NCBI GenBank assembly: GCA_965233585.1
Contig: CBDDTI010000108.1
Span: 1-21,564, forward strand
From: a bacterium
Lineage (GTDB): Bacteria > SAR324 > NAC60-12
Length of the DNA stretch: 21,564 nucleotides
Direction of reading: 5' to 3'
Every line of letters starts with the position of its first letter. The first letter of the stretch is position 1. Below the pieces are notes generated by a model. It did no database searches. It was not told where the DNA came from and was given only the letters and a program-made list of their open reading frames with translations. The position numbers were made by a program, and so were the translations under genes. Shown in pieces: positions 1 to 10,445 of this stretch.

Positions 1-244
1 CATGGAATCTTTAAGGTGCAAAACACAGCAGGAAAAATGCTGGAACTCCCAACTCTAGTGATTCATGAATTAATGACATCATTTTCCCATATGTTTTTCC
101 CAGTGTTATGGCTACATTTCGCCATTTTCAAACAACGAGCTCTGTATTTTTCCGCGTTCAAAAGAGCGCGGGTCGAGAAATGGGGATCACCCCCGTCATT
201 CAAGTTATGGATGACCATTGTAAAACAACCGTGACATAAACAAC

Positions 245-1597
245 CCGTCGCGCCGTTTTCCGTACGTGCGTTTTGCACAATATCATCATCAGGTCCACTT
301 AAAGTTCATTTCGTGTGGGAGGCATTAAGCGTTTTTTGTTCAGCATGCACAAAATGATGTGGAAATTGGCTGGTGTTTTTGGAAAAAGTCATATTTCGCT
401 TGTGTTTTCATGCAATTTTGACCGAGAATTATGTGAAATTTAACATCGTTTGGAATAGGCTCTGCCCGCATAATATGTGTCATCGCATCAAAATAGGAAA
501 GAGAAAACGTGGCCTGCGTGGCATATTCATCATCATTTTTGTCCAAAATTTGTCGAAATCAGTACGCATTTAGAGTGGTTTTACTTTTGTTTCTCCCTTC
601 TCGCTGTGGTGCCGTACATGTATTTCTTCAAAGTGCTGTTTTCCCAATGACATGCCATCACAACACAGTCTGCGCACTTTGTTTTCTTCTTCACTTTCGC
701 AGCAAGTTGAGCTGGTTGATGGTCTTCGTGCGAATCAGAGTGAGGCGATTGACATACCTCCACTGGAACGCGCGCAAGAAAACCTCAATCAATTCTGATT
801 GGCTTCCCAGCTGTTTTGGAATGAATGCTTTGCACCCAGCTGTTTTCCCCCCAAACCCATTTCACAAGAGTATGTGCAGAGACGTTCACAGACGTGTGCT
901 AGCGTAGCATCCAATGCGTGCCAGCAAGTACGTGAGACGGTGCTAGCGTAGCATGCCGTCATAGAATAAAGACGATCATCTAGAGACAGACGCCAAGAAC
1001 GTTATTACACCCCCCACCCCCCCAAACCCATTTCACAAGAGTATGCGCAGAGACGTTCACAGACGTGTGCTAGCGTAGCATCCAATGCGTGCCAGCAAGT
1101 ACGTGAGATGGTGCTAGCGTAGCATGCCGTCATAGAAGAAAGACGATCATCCAGAGACAGACGCAAAGAACGTTATTACACCCCCCACCCCCCAAACCCA
1201 TTTCACAAGAGTATGTGCAGAGACTTTCACAGACGTGTGCTAGCATAGCATCCAATGCGTGCCAGCAAGTACGTGAGACGGTGCTAGCGTAGCATGCCGT
1301 CATAGAAGAAAGACGATCATCTAGAGACAGACGCCAAGAACGTTATTACACCCCCCACCCCCCAAACCCATTTCACAAGAGTATGTGCAGAGACTTTCAG
1401 AGACGTGTGCTAGCATAGCATCCAATGCGTGCCAGCAAGTACGTGAGACGGTGCTGGCGTAGCATGCCGTCATAGAAGAAAGACGATCATCTAGAGACAG
1501 ACGCCAAGAACGTTATTACACCCCCCACCCCCCCAAACCCCCCATATGAGAAACGTCAAAAACCTGCATTTTACTAGTACGGTTTTCGGCGCGTAGG
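245..1597. mobile_element. Non-autonomous element with imperfect 21-bp terminal inverted repeats, flanked by 10-bp direct repeats
   Basis: Left end ccgt-cgcgccg-tttt-ccgtac (245-265). Right end gtacgg-tttt-cggcgcg-tagg (1577-1597) has reverse complement ccta-cgcgccg-aaaa-ccgtac. cataaacaac directly flanks both ends (235-244, 1598-1607). No credible coding region inside. Confidence 0.65.
847..1540. repeat. Tandem repeat, 4 near-identical copies of a 170-171 bp unit
   Basis: ccaaaccc(atttcacaagagtatg) recurs at 851, 1022, 1192 and 1362, with a partial copy at 1533. Units differ by only a few substitutions. Confidence 0.95.
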
Positions 1598-2293
1598 CAT
1601 AAACAACAATTAAATAATGTTTTCTTAATGATAACCATGGTCATTATATAAATAAAAACTTATGTGACTTATTTAAACGATTGTTATTTTTTCCATGGAT
1701 GTAGCTTAGCGCCTTTTTCTAATACCAGTGATCAATTTGAAACAACCACGGTGGAGATCCGGAAGATGATGGAAGATGTTAGCCCCAAATCCATTGGCTT
1801 ATCAATCCCCATCACAAATGGTACCTTTAGGGATAAACAAATGGTTAGAGAACTAGGTCAATCTTACATGGATACTTTAATCCTTTAGTCTTTTGGTATT
1901 AATGGGATTATCTACTAATTAGCAAAAAAAACTAGTTTTTTGCAGGGTATCTAAGATTGGCAATGAGTATGTATCCCCATTTCTGGGGCAAAAACGTGTT
2001 TTTTAGATACACAAAAAATATCCATGATTCATTAGTAAGATTATGTTTGTTTTGTTTGTTAAATGGTTTTCGAAAAAAACACATGATGTTAGTTATAGTG
2101 GCATAAACTAACTTAGCTAAAACACTGGGCACCACCACTATGGCTATGGTTAAATCTACATGTTTGATGGCTAAATTCTCATTTTTTCATGTTTTGTCCC
2201 GAGAAAGGGCTGTATGTCATGGCAGTTGCTTAATTCAATGTGCCTTTTATCTCGTTCTCGTTGATTAAATCCAAGTTGTCTGGGCGTGTCTGA

Positions 2294-2900
2294 AGATGGG
2301 ATACCTGTGGAGGCACAGGCATTATAGGCACATTCAACCAGAACAATGCTGCAGTACACACAGCCTACACAGACTCTCTGGCGCACAGTGAGAACATCAG
2401 TCTGCGTGACGCCGCAGAATTGCTTCGCGGAGGATGGGGCGGTGATGACGCATTTCATGGGGCCTGGCGCCCAGTCAACCTGGAGCGATTCGTTGAAACA
2501 GTCAAGCAGCGTTGGAACCCGCCCGTGAAGATTGAGTGGCAGAAGATTTCATCAAAGCCGGACAAGAATTGGGCAGGAATCAAGATGTTTGGTTACGAGT
2601 GCCTTCCAAAGACTGCAATTGCGAAGGACTTGGAAGCTGCAGGTATTGCAATTGACGGGCCAGACGCACCGTTGCACGGATGGAAACGCTTGACTGATAA
2701 AGCCTTAATGCGTTCCACTGTCTCGACCTCACGAAGCTGGCAGGGTTACCACGAGGCAAAGCGAGCCGAACTGGAAGCCTTTGTGCACGAACCTGAATAC
2801 TTCCAACTTGTGAGGAGCCAGCTCGAAGAACTTCGGCATCACTGGAGAGGCAAGGGGCCGGCAGCTCGAGAATTTCTGCGCCGCAGACCAGTGCCCGCAA
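2294..2900 (+). pseudogene. Putative endogenous viral element: 5'-truncated RNA-dependent RNA polymerase fragment (Pisuviricota/picorna-supergroup-like)
   Basis: Extending ORF 2420..3001 upstream to the TGA at 2291 gives RWDTCGGTGIIGTFNQNNAAVHTAY...LLRGGWGGDDAFHG...VKQRWNPPVKIEW...IKMFGYECL...KALMRS...ELEAFVHEPEYFQLVRSQL. This holds motif B (TGxxxTxxxN, 2315-2344), motif C (GDD, 2441-2449), D- and E-like segments (MFGY at 2585) and a thumb motif (2774-2803) in canonical order. The segment is visibly GC-richer than its flanks. Motifs F and A are absent. Confidence 0.72.
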
Positions 2901-3048
2901 TAGTAAATCGAAAATCCAAACTCTTCCCCAAGGCTTCTGTAAGGTTTCGACAAATCCTCTCTTTTCTGATAGGCTCTGATGCGATCTTCATTGGATTCTG
3001 ATTGAGAACCTCTGTTTTTTGATAGGCTTGGATGGGATTCTCATTGAC

Positions 3049-4632
3049 TGAACAAGGTAAAATTTTGGATGTGGTAAAGGTTTGCTTTGTTTTTGCTTTT
3101 GAAAAGCATGCAAGCAAATTAAAAAACCATTCAACCACAATTGAAAACACAAAGGAAAAAGTGAAAAAAATCAGCTAGAGCCAGAAAGGTTGTTTATTAT
3201 TGCAAGTGCTAATTCCAATTTTTCATTGCAAATGCAAGGACCTGCAAGGGGGTACCCTTTGTGGACCTGTTATTTGCAATTCTTTCGAAGGATTTTATAA
3301 AAGAAAACAGCTCTTTCGAACAAGGTAAAGTTTTGGATTTGGTAAAGCTTTGCTTTGTTTTTCGCTTTTGAAAAGCATGCAATCAAAAGTTAAAACCATT
3401 CAACCACAATTAAAATCACTAAGGAAGAAGGAAAAACATACAGCTAGAGCCAGAAAGGTTGTTTATTATTGCAAGTGCTAATTCCATTTTTTTAATTGCA
3501 AATGCAAGGACCTGCAAGGGGGTACCCTTTGTGGACCTTTCTTTTGCATGTTCTTAAACATATTTTAAAAAAGAAACTTTTTTTTGAGCAAGGTAAAGTT
3601 TTGGATTTGGTAAAGGTTTGTTTTGTTTTTGCTTTTGAAAAACATGCAAGCAATCACACTTAAAAACCATTCAACCACAATTAAAAACACAAAGGAAAAA
3701 GTGAAAAAAAATGCGCTAGAGCCAGAAAGGTTGTTTATTATTGCAAGTGCTACTTCCAATTTTTCATTGCAAATGCAAGGACCTGCAAGGGGGTATCCTT
3801 TGTGGACCTGTTTTTTGCAAGTATTTAAACAGATTTTAATAAAGAACCAAATTCTTTTGAACAAGGTAAACTTTTGGATTTGGTAAAGGTTTGCTTTGTT
3901 TTTGCTTTTGAAAAGCATGCAAGCAAATTAAAAAACCATTCAACCACAATTGAAAACACAAAGGAAAAAGTGAAAAAAATCAGCTAGAGCCAGAAAAGTT
4001 GTTTATTATTGCAAGTGCTAATTCCAATTTTTCATTGCAAATGCACGGACCTGCAAGGGGGTACCCTTTGTGGACCTGTTATTTGCAATTCTTTCAAAGG
4101 ATTTTATAAAAGAAAACAGCTCTTTCGAACAAGGTAAAGTTTTGGATTTGGTAAAGGTTTGCTTTGTTTTTCGCTTTTGAAAAGCATGCAATCAAAAGTT
4201 AAAAACCATTCAGCCACAATTAAAATCACTAAGGAAAAAGGAAAAACATACAGCTAGAGCCAGAAAGGTTGTTTATTATAGCAAGTGCTAATTCCATTTT
4301 TTTAATTGCAAATGCAAGGACCTGCAAGGGGGTACCCTTTGTGGACCTTTCTTTTGCATGTTCTTAAACATATTTTAAAAAAGAAACATTTTTTTGAGCA
4401 AGGTAAAGTTTTGGATTTGGTAAAGGTTTGCTTTGTTTTTGCTTTTGAAAAACATGCAAGCAATCACACTTAAAAACCATTCAACCACAATTAAAAAAAC
4501 ACAAAGGAAAAAGTGAAAAAATGCCTGCTAGAGCCAGAAAGGTTGTTTCTTATTGCAAGTGCTAATTCCAATTTTTCATTGCAAATGCAAGGACCTGCAA
4601 GGGGGTACCCTTTGTGGACCTGTTTTTTGAAA
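3049..4632. repeat. ~269-bp satellite, block 1 (about 6 monomers, ABC higher-order trimer of ~809 bp)
   Basis: caaggt anchor at 3053, 3321, 3589, 3862, 4130 and 4399. Conserved core ggacctgcaagggggtaccctttgtggacc. Monomers three apart share diagnostic variants. Confidence 0.95.
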
Positions 4633-4680
4633 TTGTTCCCCACCTGCCAGGTGAGGGTTGTTAGATTTTATCAGAGCTGT

Positions 4681-4730
4681 TCTCCTCCTCCTCCGCCTCC
4701 TCCTCCATCTCCTCCTCGTCCTCCTCCTCG
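4681..4730. repeat. Imperfect (CCT)n microsatellite
   Basis: tctcctcctcctccgcctcctcctccatctcctcctcgtcctcctcctcg. Confidence 0.9.
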
Positions 4731-5005
4731 CAGTCCAGATCCCACTGGCACAGCCGGACCTCCACCGCGAGCTCCAGATCCCAGTGGGCACTGCCGGACC
4801 TCCACCGCGAGCTCCAGATCGCAGTGGGCACTGCCGGACCTCAACCGCGACTTCCAGGTTGCAGTGGGCACTGCCGGACCTCAACCGCGATTTCCAGATC
4901 GCAGTGGGCACTGCCGGACCTCAACCGCGACTTCCAGGTCGCAGTGGGCACTGCCGGACCTCAACCACGAGCTCCAGATCCCAGTGGGCACTGCCGGACC
5001 TCAAC
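4731..5005. repeat. 40-bp GC-rich minisatellite, ~7 copies
   Basis: c(t/a)gccggacc recurs at 4751, 4791, 4831, 4871, 4911, 4951 and 4991. Confidence 0.95.
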
Positions 5006-5007
5006 GG

Positions 5008-5445
5008 CCAGATAGAATGCCAGAAGATATGCCAGATGGAATGTCAGATAGAATGCCAGAAGATATGTCAGATAGAATGCCAGAAGATATGCCAGATAGA
5101 ATGCCAGAAGATATGTCAGATAGAATGCCAGAAGATATGCCAGATAGAATGCCAGAAGATTTGCCAGATAGAATGCCAGAAGATATGCCAGATAGAATGC
5201 CAGAAAAAATGTCAGAAGATATGCCAGATAGAATGTCAGAAGATATGCCAGATAGAATGCCAGAAAGAATGTCAGAAAGAATGTCAGAAGATGTGCCAGA
5301 TAGAATGCCAGAAGATTTGCCAGATAGAATGCCAGAATATATGCCAGAAGATATGCCAGAACATATGCCAGAAGATATGCCAGATAGAATGCCAGATAGA
5401 ATGCCAGAAGATATGTCAGATAGAATGCCAGAAGATTTGCCAGTA
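5008..5445. repeat. 12-bp minisatellite of alternating gatagaatgcca / gaagatatgcca variants
   Basis: Directly visible; it produces the spurious MPED-MPDR and CQIE-CQKI translations. Confidence 0.95.
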
Positions 5446-5491
5446 AGAAAATGTATAAATATCATGGTGGGGATCACACGAAGTAAAGTAA

Positions 5492-6020
5492 TTTAAACAG
5501 ATTCTAATAAAGAAACCAGTTCTTTTGAACAAGGTAAAATTTTGGATGCGGTAAAGGTTTGCTTTGTTTTTGCTTTTGAAAAGCATGCAATCACACTTAA
5601 AAACCATTCAACCACAATTAAAAACACAAAGGAAAAAGTGAAAAACATCAGCTAGAGCCAGAAAGGTTGTTTATTATTGCAAGTGCTAATTCCAATTTTT
5701 CATTGCACATGCAAGGGCCTGCAAGGGGGTACCCTTTGTGGACCTGTTATTCGCAATTCTTTCAAAGGATTTTATAAAAGAAAACAGCTCTTTCGAACAA
5801 GGTAAAATTTTGGATTTGGTAAAGGTTTGCTTTGCTTTTCGCTTTTGAAAAGCATGCAATCAAAAGTTAAAACCATTCAACCACAATTAAAATCACTAAG
5901 GAAGAAGGAAAAACATACAGCTAGAGCCAGAAAGGTTGTTTATTATTGCAAGTGCTAATTCCCATTTTTTTAATTGCAAATGCAAGGACCTGCAAGGGGG
6001 TACCCTTTGTGGACCTTTTT
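5492..6020. repeat. ~269-bp satellite, block 2
   Basis: Completes the interrupted monomer, then anchors at 5530 and 5798. Ends at gtggacctttt. Confidence 0.95.
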
Positions 6021-6748
6021 TTTTCCCGAATGCGTAGCAAGGGTTCCCGTTTCACTCTGGGGGTCTGGGGGTTGAGGGTGTGTTCGCTCGACGTTGCGTT
6101 TGTGGTCGCAACCTTCCGCAACCGTCCGCAACCGTTCGCGCGATTGCTATATGGCCGTACCTATGGTAAGTTTTGCAGAGGTGGGCTTTTTGGTAGTTTC
6201 AGACGTCTCGTTGCTTCGTTTCGCGTGGCAGGCGTGGCACTTCGTGACATTCAGACGTGTTCTGTATAACGTGTCGAAAGTCGTTTTGTGCAGGCGCAAT
6301 ACTTTTGCGCCGTTTGCAGAAGATGTGTTGCAGTTTTCGTGGCAGGCGCAGCACTTTGGACGTGTCCATCGTCATTTTTCGTGGCAGGCGCAGCACTTTA
6401 GACGTGTCGTGTTGCGTGTTTTTTGCAAATCGCATTGGCAGGGCTGCGTCAAGTGGCGACAAGGTGCAAATTCCGTGGCAGGCGTGGCATTTTGTGGCAT
6501 GTGCTGAAAATTGACGGAAGCCTCGCGCGAAACATCGATTTTGAGGTTGCAAAATTTAGAGGTTCCTAGGAAAACTCGTAGGAAAAGGTCGATTTTGAAA
6601 CTACAAGGTGTGAAAATTGGAGGAAGTCTCGCACGAAATGCTCGTTTTGGTGCTCCCACGTGTCTCGTCTCGAGTCTCTGGTTTTCACGTGGCTTCGCCG
6701 TGTCTATGGGGGAAGCTGCAAAACCTGTCCTTTTGTCATGTTGCCAAC

Positions 6749-9063
6749 TGCTAAATTGCGTAATTCCAGGTGGAAACTTTTAAAAAAGGGTTATATTCCT
6801 GGCCAAAGCTTGTTAGTGTGCAATGAAGGCTGAGATAGCAGCTATTGATTCAGCATGCAGTGGAAACATTTATCCGTTTGTATATGGGCAAACCACTGCA
6901 GCTATTGAATCAGCATGTAGTGGAAACATGTGACAACCGATAAGCTACTTAGCTAATTAGCTACTAAAGTGGAAACGAAAAAGTGTTTCACCAAAATATA
7001 ATTCCAAAAAAAGTATATAGTTATAGTTCATTTTTCTTGGAACTATAATTTTGGAATCCTTTTTCAAAAAGTGTTTCACCAAAACATAATTCAAAAAAAA
7101 TATAGTTCCTTTTTTCCGGAACTATAATTTTCGAATCCTTTTTCAAAAGTGCTTCACCACAATATAATTCCAAAAAAAAAATGTCATTTTTTTCGGAACT
7201 GTAATTTTGGAATCCTTTTTCAAAAGTGTTTCACCAAAATATAATTCCAAAAAAAGTATATAGTTATAGTTCATTTTTCTTGGAACTATAATTTTGGAAT
7301 CCTTTTTCCAAAAGTGCTTCACCAAAATATAATTTCAAAAAAAAATATAGTTCCTTTTTTTTTCGGAACTATAATTTTGGAATCCTTTTTCAAAAGTGTT
7401 TCACCAAAATATAATTCCCAAAAAAAATATAGTTCCTTTTTTTCGGAACTATAATTTTGGAATCCTTCTCAAAAAGTGTTTCACCAAAATATAATTCCGA
7501 AAAAAAAATATTGTTCGTTTTTTTTGGAACTATAATTTTGGAATCCTTTTCAAAAGGTGTTTCACCAAAATATAATTCAAAAAATATAGTTCCTTTTTTT
7601 CCGGAACTATAATTTTGGAATCCTTTTTCAAAAGTGTTTCACCAAAAGATAATTCCAAAAAAATATAGTTCCTTTTTTTTCGGAACTATAATTTTGGAAT
7701 CCTTTTTCAAAAGTGTTTCACCAAAAGATAATTCCAAAAAAATATTGTTCCTTTTTTTTCGGAACTATAATTTTCGAATCCTTTTTCAAAAGTGTTCCAC
7801 CAAAATATAATTCAGAAAAACAATATAGTTCCTTTTTTTTCGGAACTATAATTTTCAATGCTTTTTTCCAGACATGTTGCTAATACATTGTCACCGTTTT
7901 GGGCCCAATTTTGCTGGAAAAAACATTGTTTTGTATTAGTGCGTAAGCACCTTGCTAATACTAAACAAGGTTTTTTTTCAGCAAAATTGGTTCCAAAACG
8001 GTGACAATGTATTAGCAACATTTCTGGAAAAAAGCTTTATAAATTATAGTTCCCAAAAAAATGGAACTATATTTTTTTTTGGAATTATACTTCGGTGAAC
8101 ACTTTTGAAAAAATAATTTCAAAATTAGTTCCGAAAAAAAAAGGAACTATATTTTTTGTTGGAATTATATTTGGGTGAAACACTTTCGAAGAAGGATTCC
8201 AAGATTATAGTTCCGAAAAAAAAGGAACTATATTTTTTTTGGAATTATATTTTGGTGAAACACTTTTTGAAAAAGGATTCGAAAATTATAGTTCCGAAAA
8301 AAAAGGAACTATATTTTTTTTTGGAATTATATTTTGGTGAAACACCTTTTGAAAAAGGATTCCAAAATGATTGTTCCGAAAAAAAAGGAACTATATTTTT
8401 TTTGGAATTATATTTTGGTGAAACATTTTTGAAAACGGATTCCAAAACTATAGTTCCGAAAAAAAAGGAACTATATTTTTTGAATTATATTTTGGTGAAA
8501 CACCTTTTGAAAAAGGATTCGAAAATTATAGTTCCGAAAAAAAAGGAACAATATTTTTTTGGAATTATCTTTTGGTGAAACACTTTTGAAAAAGGATTCC
8601 AAAATTATAGTTCCGAAAAAAAAGGAACTTTTTTTTTTTGAATTATATTTTGGTGAAACACTTTTGAAAAAGGATTCCAAAATTATAGTTCCGAAAACAA
8701 GGAACTTTTTTTTTTTGGAATTATATTTTGGTGAAACACATTTGAAGATGGATTCCAAAATTATATTTCCAAAATAAAGGAACTATATTGTTTTTTGGAA
8801 TTATATTTTGGTGAAACACTTTTGAAAAAGGATTCCACAATTATAGTTCCGAAAAAAAATGATTTTTTTTTTTGAATTATCTTTTGGCGAAAAACTCTTT
8901 CGTTTTCACTTTAGTAGCTAATTAGCTAAGTAGCTTATCGGTTGTCTTCCGTTTGTGTTTAAGTCGTTTTAAGTGTTTTAAAACTTATGACAGGTACCTG
9001 CAGATATATAACGCTTTTTTGTTTTTTCTTTCCTATAGAGGCTAGGGTTTATGAAATTTAGCA
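6749..9063. mobile_element. 2315-bp non-autonomous TIR element with 8-bp target-site duplication
   Basis: TSD ttgccaac at 6741-6748 and 9064-9071. Termini tgctaaattgcgtaa ... ttatgaaatttagca (9-bp perfect, 13/15 inverted match). Removing it restores the host reading ttgccaactgtgaaaattg. Confidence 0.85.
6932..8946. repeat. ~2-kb foldback palindrome: two ~1-kb inverted arms, each with ~11 copies of an ~80-bp unit, and a 15-nt loop
   Basis: Left arm starts gacaaccgataagctacttagctaattagctactaaagtg and the right arm ends with its reverse complement. Units read gtgtttcaccaaaatataattcc on the left and ggaattatattttggtgaaacac on the right. Arms pair up to 7939/7955; loop 7940-7954. Confidence 0.95.
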
Positions 9064-9606
9064 TTGCCAACTGTGAAAATTGCCGGAAGTCTCGTACGAA
9101 ATGCTGGTTTTTCTGCATCCACGTGTCTTATCTCGAGTCGCTGGTTTTCCTGTGGCGTCGCCGTATCTATGGGGGAAGCTGGACAACCTCTCCTATTCGA
9201 ATGTGTCCACACAGGTTGTCATGTCGTTTTGCGTGGCAGGCGTGGCACTTTGTGACATTCCAACCTGTTTGATAATGTGTCGAAAATGTCAAAATTTGAG
9301 GAAGTCTCGTACGAAATGCTTGTTTTTCTGCATTCACGTGTCTTGGCTCGAGTCGCTGGTTTTCCTGTGGCGTCGCCGTGTCTATGGGGGAAGCTGCAAA
9401 ACATATCTTTTTTGAAGGTTTCCAAGCAGGTTGTCATGTTGTCTTGCGTGGCACGTGTGGCACTTCGTGACATTCCAACCTGTTTGATAACGTGTCGAAA
9501 ATATCAAAATTGGAGGAAGTCTCGCACGAAATGCTCGTTTTTTTGCACCCACGTGTCTCGTCTCGTGTGTCTGGTTTTCCTGTGGCGTCGCCAAGTCTAT
9601 GGGGGA

Positions 9607-10298
9607 ACACTCCACACTCCCCACTTTACACTCCACACTCCACACTTTACACTTTCCACTCCACACTCCGCACTCCACACTCCACACTTTACTGTACACT
9701 CCACACTCCACACTTTATACTTTACACTCCTCACTCCACACTCCGCACTTTACACTCCTCCCTTTTCACTCCACACTCCACACTCTACACACCACACTAC
9801 ACTTTCCACTCCAGACTCCACACTCTACACTTTACGCTCCACACTCCACACTTTACACTCCACACTTTACACTCCACACTCCACACTTTACACTCCTCAG
9901 TCCACACTTTACACTCCTCACTCCACACTCTACACTTTACACTCCACACTCCACCTTTTTACACTCCACACTTTACACTCTACACTTTACACTCTACACT
10001 TCACACTCTACAATTTACAAACTCCACGCTCCTCACTCCACACTTTACACTCCTCACTTTACACCCCACACTCCACACTTTGCACTTTACACTCCTCACC
10101 CCACACTCTAGACCCTACACTCCACACTCCACACTCTACACTCCACACTCTACACTTTACACTCCATACTCCACACTCTACACTTTACACTCCGCATTCT
10201 ACACTTTACACACTCTACACTCCCCACTCCACACTTTACACTCCACACTCCTTACTTCACACTCCACACTCCACACTCTACACTTTCCACTCCACACT
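9607..10298. repeat. 7-bp minisatellite (cactcca / cacttta / cactcta)n
   Basis: Directly visible, almost G-free on the + strand. It produces spurious His/Thr/Leu-rich ORFs. Confidence 0.95.
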
Positions 10299-10445
10299 GC
10301 AGACTGGTAACAAGGGAAACATGTACAAGACTGTTCAACTAAACTATTGCAGAAAGGTATTGTGCGTGACTGCATATCCATGTGTTTTGACATCTGTACC
10401 AGTAACATACGTGTGAGCATTCGGGTTCGTGGGCTGCATCTTGTT

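Larger units (their letters stand above)
4634..5491 (+). mobile_element. Non-autonomous insertion with asymmetric terminal inverted repeats (Helitron2/Helentron-like), filled with minisatellites
   Basis: Interrupts a satellite monomer: ...tgttttttgaaat | insert | tttaaacagatt... with no TSD. tccccacc (4637-4644) is the reverse complement of ggtgggga (5466-5473), which lies ~18 nt from the 3' end. A 5' hairpin cacctgccaggtg is at 4641-4653. Confidence 0.65.
6021..10445 (+). mobile_element. Second non-autonomous insertion with asymmetric terminal inverted repeats (Helitron2/Helentron-like), carrying a nested element
   Basis: Starts in a T-run after gtggacc. cccgaatgc (6025-6033) is the reverse complement of gcattcggg (10417-10425), ~20 nt from where the satellite resumes. 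No TSD. Internal sub-repeats (cgtggcaggcgtggcac; ggaagtctcgcacgaaatgct...tctatgggggaa) continue on both sides of 6749-9063. Confidence 0.65.

Noticed and set aside
847..1540. CRISPR-like array
   Set aside because: Whole 170-bp units are near-identical, with no unique spacers and no cas genes.
1664..1888. 74-aa ORF as the upstream part of the viral fragment
   Set aside because: AT-rich, no RdRp motif F or A, and separated from the RdRp frame by stop-rich sequence.
2901..3001. C-terminal tail of ORF 2420..3001 as viral sequence
   Set aside because: Composition shifts and an imperfect ~53-bp repeat begins, so this is probably read-through into flanking DNA.
4513..5496. 327-aa Pro-rich/MPED-repeat protein and overlapping ORFs
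   Set aside because: The frame begins in satellite DNA and runs through micro- and minisatellites that are open in several frames on both strands.
6980..8890. CRISPR-like array of palindromic repeats, and ORFs 8156..8578 and 8559..8777
   Set aside because: Units are fully repeated and vary mainly in homopolymer length. The ORFs are translations of the repeat.
9277..10416. His/Thr-rich proteins, or a telomere-like tract
   Set aside because: A G-poor heptamer repeat is open in all three frames by composition, and the unit does not match TTAGGG/TTTAGGG.
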